Source: Candidatus Campbellbacteria bacterium (GTDB taxonomy: Bacteria > Patescibacteriota > Minisyncoccia > Phycocordibacterales > JAXHMZ01). From it: 64,000 bases of DNA. Under the pieces are notes generated by a model. It searched no databases. It was not told the origin of the DNA and saw nothing but the letters and a program-made list of their open reading frames with translations. The stretch is taken from positions 41,315 through 105,314 of the forward strand of contig JAXHMZ010000004.1 of assembly GCA_034521025.1 (NCBI GenBank). The letters are read 5' to 3'. A program made the translations under genes and the position numbers. Shown here one piece after another: positions 49,617 through 59,880 of the stretch (within the stretch, counting starts at the first letter, position 1; each line of letters opens with the position of its first letter).

Positions 49617-50477
49617 ATGGGTAAAAAAGAAAACGAAAAAGAAGAAGTGGAAATAATAAAAATGGATGGGTCGCGAGAGATATTTGATCCCAATAAATTG
49701 CGACATTCACTTGAAAAGGCCGGAGCGGGATCAGAAACAATAGAAGCGGTGGTGTCTAAAATAGAAAGCGAAATAGAAGACGGAATGACCACAGGTACGA
49801 TCTACAAGCGTGCTTATGAAATTTTAGAGCGAAAGGAATCTACAGCAGCCGCCCGGTATTCGCTTCGCCGAGCGCTGGTAGACCTTGGTCCCACCGGGTT
49901 TCCATTTGAGGAATTTGTGGGTGAAATATTCAGGGCAAAAGGATTCGATGTAAAAGTCGGGGTTATGGTAGAAGGAGAGTGTGTGGAGCACGAAGTAGAT
50001 ATGCTAGCCGAAAACGAGACCTCCGAGATCTCTATGGAAATTAAATTTCATAATAGTCAAAAGATCAGGTCGGATCTGAAAGTGGCTCTCTACGTCAAGT
50101 CGCGCTTTGAAGATATACTCAGTCGCCAACAAAAAGACGGAAATGGAAAGAAAAAGGAAGGTTGGCTTCTAACTAACACTAAATTTACCAAAAATGCTCT
50201 TGATTACGCGGAATGTGTCGGCTTAAAAATAGTTTCGTGGAGCTACCCTGAAAAAGGAAATTTGCAAGACTTGGTTGAGGAAACCGGCCTTCATCCTCTG
50301 ACTTGCCTAACGAGTTTACCCGATAAAGAAAAAACCTTACTAGTGGAACAGGGAACTGTTCTATGCAGGGACTTAAAAAATAACACCAAATTGCTTGAAG
50401 AGCTTGGATTCAAGGAAGAAAAGATTAACAAAATAAAAGATGAAGCTAGTAAGCTTTGTACTCCATATAGTAAATAA
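49617..50477 (+). CDS. Protein with an N-terminal ATP-cone domain and a restriction-endonuclease-like (Mrr/PD-(D/E)xK-like) domain.
   Basis: The ATP-cone is IIKMDGSREIFDPNKLRHSLEKAG. It is followed by FEEFVGEIFRAKGFDV...EVDMLAEN...EIKFH, as in the Mrr_cat fold. Confidence 0.5.
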   Translation: MGKKENEKEEVEIIKMDGSREIFDPNKLRHSLEKAGAGSETIEAVVSKIESEIEDGMTTGTIYKRAYEILERKESTAAARYSLRRALVDLGPTGFPFEEFVGEIFRAKGFDVKVGVMVEGECVEHEVDMLAENETSEISMEIKFHNSQKIRSDLKVALYVKSRFEDILSRQQKDGNGKKKEGWLLTNTKFTKNALDYAECVGLKIVSWSYPEKGNLQDLVEETGLHPLTCLTSLPDKEKTLLVEQGTVLCRDLKNNTKLLEELGFKEEKINKIKDEASKLCTPYSK

Positions 50478-50485
50478 ATAAAACC

Positions 50486-51286
50486 ATGGCATTTCCATAT
50501 AAACGGCGGGACGGCCGCTACTGTTATAAACCGGGCTCAAAAGATCGCTTTCGAGTAAGCAGAACCAAAATTGACCTGTTCTTAGAATGCAAAAGGTGTT
50601 TCTACCTAGATCAGCGTTATGGTGTAGCTCGCGTGAAATACCCTCCCTTTACTCTTAACAACGCTGTAGACGAACTTTTAAAAAAAGAGTTTGATAAACA
50701 TCGAGAAAAGGGAACTTGGCATCCGGTTTTAAAAGAAAACGATTTGCGCCTCAAGCCATTTAAGCATAAAAAAATGGAAGAGTGGCGTGACGCGATGCGC
50801 CACGGGGTACAATACGATCTACCCGATACAAATCTTACTATCAGAGGTGGAGTTGATGATATTTGGATAGACGACGAAGGCTTGCTCTACGTAGCGGATT
50901 ACAAAGCTACATCTAAAGAAGGGGGTCAAGAAGTCAGCATAGATAGCGATTGGCAAATTATGTACAAAAGACAAGTAGAGATCTATCAATGGCTTCTGCG
51001 AAGGAACGATTTCAAAGTTTCAAATACAGCTTACTTTTATTACGTTAATGGCTTACGCGACGTCGATAGCTTTAATGGGCAACTAAAATTTAGCGTTAAA
51101 ATAATACCGTACGAAGGAGACGATAGCTGGCTGGACGGAACATTGGAAGAGATGTATCAATGTCTACTGTCTGAAGAAATACCGGAAAGCCATAAAGATT
51201 GTGAGTTTTGCGGTTACTTTGAAGCAGTTTCTGATGTGCTAAACTCAAAGAATGAAGCTTCAGAAAAAGACCAAAGCTCAAAGTAA
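50486..51286 (+). CDS. PD-(D/E)xK nuclease with a four-Cys cluster (Cas4/RecB-family-like).
   Basis: An N-terminal CKRC is present. The nuclease motif is GGVDDIW...LYVADYKAT. A C-terminal CEFCG is present. Confidence 0.5.
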   Translation: MAFPYKRRDGRYCYKPGSKDRFRVSRTKIDLFLECKRCFYLDQRYGVARVKYPPFTLNNAVDELLKKEFDKHREKGTWHPVLKENDLRLKPFKHKKMEEWRDAMRHGVQYDLPDTNLTIRGGVDDIWIDDEGLLYVADYKATSKEGGQEVSIDSDWQIMYKRQVEIYQWLLRRNDFKVSNTAYFYYVNGLRDVDSFNGQLKFSVKIIPYEGDDSWLDGTLEEMYQCLLSEEIPESHKDCEFCGYFEAVSDVLNSKNEASEKDQSSK

Positions 51287-51551
51287 GAAGGAGAAAGCGA
51301 GCTCTTTTAAAGAGAGGGTGCGGGAGGTGGTGAGGAGAATACCCAAAGGAGAAACATTAACCTACGCTGAAGTTGCTCTAAAAGCGGGTTCGCCTAAAGC
51401 TTCGCGTGCAGTTGGTAGAATAATGGCTAATAATTATGATGAAAACATACCCTGCCATAGAGTAGTGCGAAGCGACGGCAAAGTTGGAAGTTACAACAGA
51501 GGCGGAGAGCAACGTAAAATAACTATTTTAAATAATGAAAGAAGATCATAG
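51252..51551 (+). CDS. ogt: Methylated-DNA--protein-cysteine methyltransferase, DNA-binding/active-site domain only.
   Basis: TYAEVALKAGSPKASRAVG and IPCHRVV are present. The active Cys is kept, so this is not an Atl. Confidence 0.7.
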   Translation: MKLQKKTKAQSKKEKASSFKERVREVVRRIPKGETLTYAEVALKAGSPKASRAVGRIMANNYDENIPCHRVVRSDGKVGSYNRGGEQRKITILNNERRS

Positions 51552-52188
51552 CATACCGGAAATTATGAATTCTCGTGAAGACCTGATCGAACAGCTAAAA
51601 CAAAAAGATGTTCTACGGTCTGAGGAATTAGAGAAAGCATTCAAAAAAATAGATAGAGCCGATTTTGTCTTAGGTGATTATGTACCGGAGGCATATGAAG
51701 ATTATCCGTTGCCTATTTTAGGTGACCAGACTATTTCTCAGCCGACAACTGTAGCTTTTATGCTAGAGCTACTTGATCCAATACTAGGAGAAAAGATACT
51801 TGACGTAGGATCAGGTTCAGGATGGACTACGGCATTATTAGCAGAAATGGTGGGAAAAGAAGGCGAAGTAACGGGTATTGAAATCGTCGATGAGTTAGTC
51901 GAAATGGGACAAGGTAATCTCAAAAGATACGATTATCCGCAGGCAGGTGTTTATAAAAGTGGCGAAGTAGAAATACCGGAAAATTATTACGACAAAGTGT
52001 TGGTTTCAGCTACGATATCTTCAAACATACCCGAACATTTCATAAGAAGCTTAAAAGAGGATGGACTCTTGGTCTCGCCCGTTGGAGAGGCAATTACACA
52101 GTATAAGAAGCAGGATGGCGGCTTGATCGAATTAAAAACCTTTCCTGGTTTTGTATTTGTGCCATATATCTATAACGTAGAGGAATAA
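51535..52188 (+). CDS. pcm: Protein-L-isoaspartate O-methyltransferase.
   Basis: QTISQPTTVAFMLELL and the SAM motif LDVGSGSGWTTALLA are present. Confidence 0.85.
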   Translation: MKEDHSIPEIMNSREDLIEQLKQKDVLRSEELEKAFKKIDRADFVLGDYVPEAYEDYPLPILGDQTISQPTTVAFMLELLDPILGEKILDVGSGSGWTTALLAEMVGKEGEVTGIEIVDELVEMGQGNLKRYDYPQAGVYKSGEVEIPENYYDKVLVSATISSNIPEHFIRSLKEDGLLVSPVGEAITQYKKQDGGLIELKTFPGFVFVPYIYNVEE

Positions 52189-52802
52189 TGAAAGACGAAA
52201 AGCGTGACGTGCGACATGAAAAGCTAAAGACTATTCGCGACAGAGTAGTTAATCTAAAAGATTCTACACTGTATTCATTTCGTAACGAAAACGAATATTT
52301 ACCCGTTATTGGTCAAGGCGATCACTATGCCGAAATAATGTTCATCGGGGAGGCGCCGGGCGAATCTGAAGCCAAATCCGGAGTTCCTTTTTGCGGTAGA
52401 GCCGGCAAGGTGTTGGATGAGCTTTTACAGTCAATTAATATTCCAAGAGAGGAGGTTTATATTACAAATATCGTAAAAGACCGTCCGCCCCAGAACCGCG
52501 ATCCTTCACCCGAAGAGATAGCTCTATACGCGCCTTTTTTGGACGAGCAAATCGAGATAATTGAACCGAAGGTGATAGCTACGTTGGGACGATTTTCTAT
52601 GGAATATATTTTGAAGCGCTACGGTCTGGAGGATAAAATCGAACCCATTTCCAAAATTCACGGTCAATTAGTAAAGGCAAATTTCAAATATGGCGATGTT
52701 TTCATAACTCCTCTTTATCACCCCGCGGTAGCTTTATACAACGCCGGTCAAAAAGAAACTTTGATCGAAGATTTTAAAAACATAAAAAAGGCATTATCTT
52801 AA
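52188..52802 (+). CDS. Uracil-DNA glycosylase, family 4.
   Basis: FIGEAPGESEAKSGVPFCGRAGKVLDELL is present, together with a C-terminal HPAV motif. Confidence 0.8.
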   Translation: MKDEKRDVRHEKLKTIRDRVVNLKDSTLYSFRNENEYLPVIGQGDHYAEIMFIGEAPGESEAKSGVPFCGRAGKVLDELLQSINIPREEVYITNIVKDRPPQNRDPSPEEIALYAPFLDEQIEIIEPKVIATLGRFSMEYILKRYGLEDKIEPISKIHGQLVKANFKYGDVFITPLYHPAVALYNAGQKETLIEDFKNIKKALS

Positions 52803-52884
52803 ATTAGGGATAGAAATTTAAATTTTACTCTTTTTTTGTTATCCTTATACTTTAATCGAGGAATTTCTAAGGGGAGATTATAAA

Positions 52885-54621
52885 ATGAAAAATAATACAG
52901 AATGGGACCTTTCTGCCATATACAGCTCCATCGATGATCCCAATATCGAGAAAGATGTCAGAAAGATCGAAAGAGAATATAAAAAATTTGCGGATACTTA
53001 CAAAAAGAAGAACGTATCTTCAGTTACTGTATTAGAAAAGGCGCTGAAAGATCTTGAAAAGTTATACACTCTACCCAAACCCATTGCCTATCTTTTTTTA
53101 AAGAAGTCGGTCACTACCAACGATAAAAGAATAGATGCCAAAATTGCTCAATTGCACCAACGAATTGTGTCTGCTCACAACTCCGTTTTATTTTTCGAGA
53201 TCAAGTTGGCACAAATTACAAAAAAGCAGCAGAAAGAGTTATTAGGGTCTTCTTCGTTAAAGGAATATCGCTATTTTTTGAAAAAAATATTTAACGCCTC
53301 AAAACATATTCTTAATGAAAAAGAAGAAGCGTTGTTAAATTCACTTTCATTACCGTCAGAGGAAATGTGGATCGATCTAACAGAAAGGCTTGTAAATAAT
53401 GACGAGGTAGAATTTGAAAATAACAAAGTTCCTATTTCAGAAGCGATGAATCGTGTGGCTGGTTTGAGAACAAAAAAAAGAAGAAGTCTTCATTCTTTGA
53501 TAATGAAAAAGTTGGGTGAACATTCAGAAGTCGCGGAGGCAGAAATCAATGCAATATATACGAAAAAGAAAATTACAGATTCTAAGCGCGGTTATAGAAT
53601 ACCGCATCAAGAAACACTGATCGATTTTGAAACCACCGATAAGGAGCTACAGCTTCTCAGAGAAGCAGTATTAGAAAATATCAAGGTTTCCCACGATTTC
53701 TATGATGTAAAAAGGCAGCTCCTAGGACTTAAGTATTTAACGTATGCGGACAGAAACGCCGAAATCGGAGGTCTGAAGACGACGTTTAGCTTCGATGAAT
53801 CGGTTGAAATTTTGAGGGATGTTTTTGCTAAAATCCATCCAAGATCACTCCATATATTTGACAGAATGCTCAGTGACGGGCGCATAGACGTATTTCCAAG
53901 GAGAAATAAGACGGCCGGCGGTTTTTGTTTTGGCACCACAGAATTTCCGACCTTTGTTTTACTAAATCATGTTAACACCTTCGATTCTCTATTAACGCTA
54001 GCGCATGAAATGGGACACGCAATTCACACTGAGATGGCAAAGGATGCAAGGCCTTTATACCAGAACTATTCCACAGCAGTCGCTGAATTTGCTTCGAAGT
54101 TCTTCGAAAATATTGTTTTTGAAGAAGTATTAAAACTCGTTAGTAAAAAAGAACAAAAAGTATTACTGCATAACAGGATAAACCAAGATATTTCAACAAT
54201 TTTTCGTCAGATGGCGTGTTTTGAATTCGAAAGTTCACTACACTCTGAGATTCGACAAAATGGTTATGTTGCCAAGGATCAAATAGTGGAAATTTTGAAT
54301 AAAAAAATGAGATCTTATCTTGGACCTTCTGTAAGAATGTCTGCCGAAGACGGGAACTTTTTCGTTGCGTGGTCGCATATTCGTAGATATTTTTACGTTT
54401 ATTCATATGCCTATGGTGGTATACTCTCACGAGTTATGTATCAGAACAGCATAGAAAATCCCAAAGTACTGGAAAAAATGTTCAAGCTGTTGGCTAGTGG
54501 TGGCAGCAGAAGTCCTAAGGATCTTTTCAAGCAAGCGGGTATAAATACTGAAGACAAGTCAACTTACAAAACGGGCATTGAATCAATAAAAGCAGATATA
54601 AAGAAACTAAAAACATTGTAA
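52885..54621 (+). CDS. pepF: Oligoendopeptidase F (M3B metallopeptidase).
   Basis: The HEMGHAIH zinc motif is present, with overall M3 architecture. Confidence 0.85.
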   Translation: MKNNTEWDLSAIYSSIDDPNIEKDVRKIEREYKKFADTYKKKNVSSVTVLEKALKDLEKLYTLPKPIAYLFLKKSVTTNDKRIDAKIAQLHQRIVSAHNSVLFFEIKLAQITKKQQKELLGSSSLKEYRYFLKKIFNASKHILNEKEEALLNSLSLPSEEMWIDLTERLVNNDEVEFENNKVPISEAMNRVAGLRTKKRRSLHSLIMKKLGEHSEVAEAEINAIYTKKKITDSKRGYRIPHQETLIDFETTDKELQLLREAVLENIKVSHDFYDVKRQLLGLKYLTYADRNAEIGGLKTTFSFDESVEILRDVFAKIHPRSLHIFDRMLSDGRIDVFPRRNKTAGGFCFGTTEFPTFVLLNHVNTFDSLLTLAHEMGHAIHTEMAKDARPLYQNYSTAVAEFASKFFENIVFEEVLKLVSKKEQKVLLHNRINQDISTIFRQMACFEFESSLHSEIRQNGYVAKDQIVEILNKKMRSYLGPSVRMSAEDGNFFVAWSHIRRYFYVYSYAYGGILSRVMYQNSIENPKVLEKMFKLLASGGSRSPKDLFKQAGINTEDKSTYKTGIESIKADIKKLKTL

Positions 54622-54622
54622 A

Positions 54623-55231
54623 ATGGAAAATAATAAAGATAGCGAAAAATTGGTAATTGGCATCCAAGGAGGCCCAGGAAGCTTTAACGAAGAAGCGGCT
54701 CATTGGTACGCCAAGGGGCATCGTATTCCCAATTATGAATTAAGCTATTGCTATACAACTGATAAGGTGCTAGCTCTGTTAGCAGAACATAAAATAGACA
54801 GAGGTATATTTGCTATACAAAATTCAGTTGGCGGAATGGTTGATGAATCCATTTACGCGATGGGAAGGCAGCTTTTTGAGATCGTTGATCAGTTTGAAAT
54901 AATAGTAAACCATAATCTGTTGGTGTTACCGGGTATAGAAATGGACGGTATCGTAACAATAATGTCTCATCCGCAAGCATTGGCACAGTGCAAGTCTACA
55001 TTGTCCTTGCAGTATCCTGACAAAAATCTGCGATCAGGCGAAGGAGAACTTATCGATCAGGCGATGGCGGCAAAAGCATTGTCAGAAGGCCAGCTGCCTG
55101 AAACTACCGCTGTTTTGGCATCACAAGCAGCTGCAGATCTTTATGAACTTAATATTCTGGATAGAGGATTACAGGATAAAACGGAAAACTATACAACCTT
55201 TCTCTTTGTCTCAAACCTCAAGCCAGAATAA
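54623..55231 (+). CDS. Prephenate dehydratase catalytic (PDT) domain protein, without an ACT domain.
   Basis: The N-terminus is VIGIQGGPGSFNEEAA. The TM-SHPQAL and TTFLFVS motifs are present. Confidence 0.55.
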   Translation: MENNKDSEKLVIGIQGGPGSFNEEAAHWYAKGHRIPNYELSYCYTTDKVLALLAEHKIDRGIFAIQNSVGGMVDESIYAMGRQLFEIVDQFEIIVNHNLLVLPGIEMDGIVTIMSHPQALAQCKSTLSLQYPDKNLRSGEGELIDQAMAAKALSEGQLPETTAVLASQAAADLYELNILDRGLQDKTENYTTFLFVSNLKPE

Positions 55232-55282
55232 TTTCAGTGTCGATCGTTTTGATATTTATTCTTTTCCGATATACTCAAAATT

Positions 55283-57166
55283 ATGAAAACAGCAGAAGTA
55301 AGAAAACGCTATCTAGACTTTTTTGCAAGCAAGGGGCACAGAATCGTTCCTTCGGCTTCTTTGGTACCCACAGATGATCCCACCACTCTTTTTACTGGCT
55401 CTGGTATGCAGCCTATGGTTCCTTACTTACTAGGCGAAGACCATCCCTTGGGTTCTAGGATAGTTGATTCGCAAAAATGTTTTCGCGCGGAAGATATTGA
55501 AGAAATTGGAGATAACCGCCATACGACCTTTTTTGAAATGCTTGGCAATTGGTCCCTGGGTGACTACTTTAAAGAAGAACAACTCTCCTGGCTTTTTGAA
55601 TTTCTAACAGATAAGGAAGCGGGGTTAGGCTTAGATCCGGAACGGCTATATATAACTGTTTTTCACGGTGATAAAAACAACGATCTGCCTAAAGATACTG
55701 AGTCGGTAGAAATTTGGAAGAGTTTGTTCAAACAAAAGAACATTGAGGCAAATGAGGTTGAGGTAGGCACTGAGGAAAATGGTAGTGAGATCGGTTTAGA
55801 AGGAGGTCGTATTTTTTACTATGATGCTTCAAAAAACTGGTGGAGCCGCGGTGGCACCCCCGATGATATGCCGGTGGGCGAACCGGGTGGTCCCGACAGC
55901 GAGGTTTTTTATGAATTTCAAGATGTAGAACACGATCCGGCGTTCGGTAAAAAATGCCACCCTAATTGTGATTGCGGACGTTTTCTCGAGATCGGCAATT
56001 CCGTATTTATGCAGTACGTAAAAAAAGCAGAAGGTCATTTTGAAAAACTACCTAAAGAAAATGTAGATTTCGGCGGTGGATTAGAACGACTAACAGCTGT
56101 TACGGAAGACTTCTCCGATATATTTAAAATTGACGTATTGCGCAGTATTATTGAAAGACTTGAGGATCATAGCGGTGAGAGATATGAGAATTCTGAGAAT
56201 AAGAACTCATTTCGTGTGATCGCGGATCATATTCGCGGTGCTGTTTTTATGATCTCTGATGGCGTTACACCCTCAAACAGCGAACGAGGATATTTTGTTA
56301 GGCGTCTAATACGTCGTTCTATCCGCCACGCGAATTTACTTGGTATCGAAACGAAAAAATTAAAAGACCTTGTTTCTGTAGTTGCTAACAATTATCGAGA
56401 AGTTTATCCAGAGGTTTTTGAAAGCCAAGAATGGATACAAGATGAAATTGAATCTGAAGAGAGTAAGTTTAAATTAGCACTCGATAGAGGATTAAAAGAA
56501 TTTAGAAAAATTATTGAAAAAGAAGACAAAATTAGCGGCAAGGGTGCATTCAAGCTGTTTACTACTCATGGATTCCCGTTTGAGCTCACAGAAGAATTGG
56601 CGCGAGAGTACGGTAAAGAAGTAGACAAAGAGGCATTTGAGGAAGAATATAGGATCCACCAAGAGGAATCCAGAAAAGGAGCGGATAAGAAGTTTAAGGG
56701 GGGACTTGGGGACACTGGTGAAATGTCAGTAAAATATCACACAGCAACGCACTTATTAAATGCCGCCCTAAGAGATGTACTTGGAGAACACGTAGAGCAA
56801 AAAGGATCGAATATTACTCCAGAAAGACTGCGTTTTGACTTTTCTCACAGCGAAAAACTTACAGAAGAAGAGAAAAAAGAAATCGAGACTTTTGTTAATG
56901 GAGCGATCGAAAGAAGCTTACCGGTGAGCTATAGCGAAATGACCTTAGAAGAAGCAAGAGCTCAAGGAGCAGTGGGGGTATTTGAAGATAAATACGAAGA
57001 AAAAGTTCGGGTGTATAAGATCGGAGATCGTAGCACAGGAGTAGTCAGCCTGGAAATTTGCGGTGGTCCTCACGTTGAAAATACCGGGGAGTTGGGAAAA
57101 TTTCGTATCAAGAAAGAAGAGGCGTCTTCAGCCGGAGTTCGCCGAATAAAAGCAATTCTTGAATAG
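55283..57166 (+). CDS. alaS: Alanine--tRNA ligase, short form (catalytic + tRNA-recognition + editing; no C-Ala domain).
   Basis: The class II core shows FTGSGMQP and FEMLGNWSFGDYFK-like motifs. The editing domain shows HTATHLLNAALRDVLG...CGGPH. The protein ends after the editing domain at 627 aa. Confidence 0.85.
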   Translation: MKTAEVRKRYLDFFASKGHRIVPSASLVPTDDPTTLFTGSGMQPMVPYLLGEDHPLGSRIVDSQKCFRAEDIEEIGDNRHTTFFEMLGNWSLGDYFKEEQLSWLFEFLTDKEAGLGLDPERLYITVFHGDKNNDLPKDTESVEIWKSLFKQKNIEANEVEVGTEENGSEIGLEGGRIFYYDASKNWWSRGGTPDDMPVGEPGGPDSEVFYEFQDVEHDPAFGKKCHPNCDCGRFLEIGNSVFMQYVKKAEGHFEKLPKENVDFGGGLERLTAVTEDFSDIFKIDVLRSIIERLEDHSGERYENSENKNSFRVIADHIRGAVFMISDGVTPSNSERGYFVRRLIRRSIRHANLLGIETKKLKDLVSVVANNYREVYPEVFESQEWIQDEIESEESKFKLALDRGLKEFRKIIEKEDKISGKGAFKLFTTHGFPFELTEELAREYGKEVDKEAFEEEYRIHQEESRKGADKKFKGGLGDTGEMSVKYHTATHLLNAALRDVLGEHVEQKGSNITPERLRFDFSHSEKLTEEEKKEIETFVNGAIERSLPVSYSEMTLEEARAQGAVGVFEDKYEEKVRVYKIGDRSTGVVSLEICGGPHVENTGELGKFRIKKEEASSAGVRRIKAILE

Positions 57167-57231
57167 CCGTCTAAGTCCGTCCACACCTAGAGTATAATTT
57201 TTAGACAAAAATACGCTATACTGGGAATGCA

Positions 57232-58443
57232 ATGGTTCTATTTGGTAATAAAAATACCTCAGAGGAAATAACCTTGATTTTTGATGTCGGCTCTTCTTCG
57301 GTGGGAGGTGCTATAGTTCGCTACCAAGAAGATACGCTGCCTCAAATATTGTTTACGGCGAGAAAGGGAATCGAGTTTAAATACGACTTTGATTATGATC
57401 GTTTTTACAAATCAATGCTCGATTCCCTGGAGTCTGTAACAGTAGATATTCTAACTTCTCTTTCGGGGTCAGTTGAAGAAGTATCAGACTCAATTGAAGA
57501 ATCAAGGTCCAGAGTTTTAGGTAAACGATCAAAACGCAAGATAAAAAATATTTTTTGTGTATTCTCTTCACCGTGGTATATGCCACGAGTGGTTGACGTT
57601 CATAACGAATTTGAAAATGAAACTCAAATTACTTCTGATGTGATCATAGAAATAGTTAAAGGAGCTGCTAAAGATCTCAAAAAAGAAATTGCACCGGCGG
57701 ATTCTATAAGTCTTTTGGAAGAGAGGATATTAGAATATAAACTGAATGGTTATAGTATAGACGATCCTTTATCTTCTACAGCGAAAACAGCCGACCTCAA
57801 ACTATATTTCTCAGCCGCTGCTAAGCAAACTCTAAGTGCGGTAAAAGAACCTATAAGAAAAAATTTCTCTTACAGAAAGATACGCACATTTTCATTTATG
57901 ATGGCGTATTTTTCAGTGATGCGCGATATGCATCCGGCAGTAAACTCTTTTGCTGTTTTTGATTTTAGAGGTGAAGTCTCAGAGCTTGCTGTCATAGAAA
58001 ATGATATTTTGGTTTCAACGGTTACGGTTCAAATTGGGAAAAATGAGCTTATTCGGGAGTTATCTAGCTCCTTGAACATTGATCTCTTTGAGGCAACCAC
58101 TAAGCTCAATCTCTATTTTGCCGGTAAACTTACTGAAGGTTCAGCTGATAATATAAGGTCAATTGTAGAAGAGAAAAAGGAGGAAATGAAAAACGAGCTT
58201 TTGAATAATATAGAAAAAGGCATATACATACCCAATACAAGCTTTGTTCTGGCTGATATGGATATGGAAGATTACGCGGCTGATCTGATGAATTCGATTT
58301 ATTTGATTAATTCACGTGAATCTGACATTAAGATCCTGACCAGCGAATACTTCGATAAATTTGTTACCTTTTCTAAATCTCGCTACAAAGATCATTTTCT
58401 ATCGCTAGAATCTCTTTTTTTCAGACCAATAGTTAACAGTTAG
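57232..58443 (+). CDS. Hypothetical actin-fold ATPase-like protein (PilM/FtsA-like N-terminus).
   Basis: LIFDVGSSSVGGAIV resembles the phosphate-1 motif of PilM/FtsA ATPases. The rest is unrecognised. Confidence 0.3.
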   Translation: MVLFGNKNTSEEITLIFDVGSSSVGGAIVRYQEDTLPQILFTARKGIEFKYDFDYDRFYKSMLDSLESVTVDILTSLSGSVEEVSDSIEESRSRVLGKRSKRKIKNIFCVFSSPWYMPRVVDVHNEFENETQITSDVIIEIVKGAAKDLKKEIAPADSISLLEERILEYKLNGYSIDDPLSSTAKTADLKLYFSAAAKQTLSAVKEPIRKNFSYRKIRTFSFMMAYFSVMRDMHPAVNSFAVFDFRGEVSELAVIENDILVSTVTVQIGKNELIRELSSSLNIDLFEATTKLNLYFAGKLTEGSADNIRSIVEEKKEEMKNELLNNIEKGIYIPNTSFVLADMDMEDYAADLMNSIYLINSRESDIKILTSEYFDKFVTFSKSRYKDHFLSLESLFFRPIVNS

Positions 58444-58504
58444 TTATGAAAAAAAGTGCATTATAAGATATACTTCTAAGTAATAAGACATTTAAGTTCA
58501 AGCT

Positions 58505-59803
58505 ATGGATCAAGACCCCAAAGACTACAATAACAACGAAGAACAAGATAAGCAGTTTAGTAACAATAATAGAAAGCGTTCTATAAGAGATATTTCTTTA
58601 GACGAAGAACTGCAAAGAAATACCAAGACAAAGCCAAGAAAAAGAATTAAAAGATCTCGGCACCACAGAGGGATAGGAGCAGGCAAGTACTTTATTGCGT
58701 TGTTTGTTGTCGCACTGCTTGTGTTTGGCGGAGTGATGATGACATCAATTTTCGCTAAAGCAACGGTTACCTTAGTTCCGAGAACTGAAAATGTGACTCT
58801 TGATGAAGAAGTTGAATTGACACAGGAAAATACAGGATCTGCGTCTCTCACTTATGAAGTGTTAAATATAACGGAGACAATGTCTGAGGCAGTGGATTCA
58901 GAAGGAGAGGAAGAGGTGGAGCGTAGAGCTCAGGGACCAATAACTATTTTTAATACCACCGAAAACGACGAACCGCTAATAGCCAATACGAGGTTTGAAA
59001 CTTCTGATGGAAGAATATATCGAATTGGTGACTCAGTAGTAGTGCCTGGCGTAAGAGCCGACGGTTCCCCGGGCTCGATCACGGTAACAGTTACAGCGGA
59101 TGAGCCGGGGGAAGAATACAACTTGTCTGAAGGTAGGTTTACTATTCCCGGCCTAGAGGGAACCGAGCTTTATGAAACTATGTATGCCGAAGCTGACTCC
59201 GAGATCAGCGGCGGTTTTGTCGGTGTTGAACAAGTAATCGGAGATGCTACCGAAGAGGAGGCGAGAGAAAACCTAAGAAATTCTCTGGAATCTGAATTAC
59301 AAAACAAGATCACAGAATCATTGCCAGAGAATAAAATATTGATACCAGGCTCTACATTTATTGAATATGAAGACCTGCCAAATACGACAGATGAAAACGC
59401 GGTAAATGTTCGTACCGAAGGTACGCTATATGGAATAATGATCAGTCATGACTTGCTTGCGGGATATATTGCCACAGAAAATGTAGATAACTATCAAAAT
59501 CAGCCACTTAATATCATCAATATCCAGGAGCTTCAGATCGGGCTAACAGAGGATGAGATCAATATTGATTCTATAGGGGAAAATCTAACGCTAACAATAA
59601 GCGGAGAAGCCATTTTGGAATGGATAATAGAAGAACAAGCTGTAACTGAATCTATTATGGGAGAGCCGAGAACTGAGGCAATTACTATATTATCTGAAAG
59701 ACCGGAAATTCGTGATGCGCGATTAGAACTAGTGCCAGGATTCATGCGTACAGTGCCGTCTAATAGTGAAAAGGTAGAAGTTGTTATAACTGAAGAGCTT
59801 TAA
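58505..59803 (+). CDS. Hypothetical bitopic membrane protein with a basic cytoplasmic N-terminus, one TM helix and a large acidic ectodomain.
   Basis: KRKRSRHHR is followed by TM helix FIALFVVALLVFGGVMM. The extracytoplasmic region is about 350 aa. Confidence 0.4.
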   Translation: MDQDPKDYNNNEEQDKQFSNNNRKRSIRDISLDEELQRNTKTKPRKRIKRSRHHRGIGAGKYFIALFVVALLVFGGVMMTSIFAKATVTLVPRTENVTLDEEVELTQENTGSASLTYEVLNITETMSEAVDSEGEEEVERRAQGPITIFNTTENDEPLIANTRFETSDGRIYRIGDSVVVPGVRADGSPGSITVTVTADEPGEEYNLSEGRFTIPGLEGTELYETMYAEADSEISGGFVGVEQVIGDATEEEARENLRNSLESELQNKITESLPENKILIPGSTFIEYEDLPNTTDENAVNVRTEGTLYGIMISHDLLAGYIATENVDNYQNQPLNIINIQELQIGLTEDEINIDSIGENLTLTISGEAILEWIIEEQAVTESIMGEPRTEAITILSERPEIRDARLELVPGFMRTVPSNSEKVEVVITEEL

Positions 59804-59880
59804 AGTGTTGATAGTTACTATATGCTACTTGACGTAGTGGCTGATCTTTTGCTACACTTTCGTTTGTATCCATTTCACTA

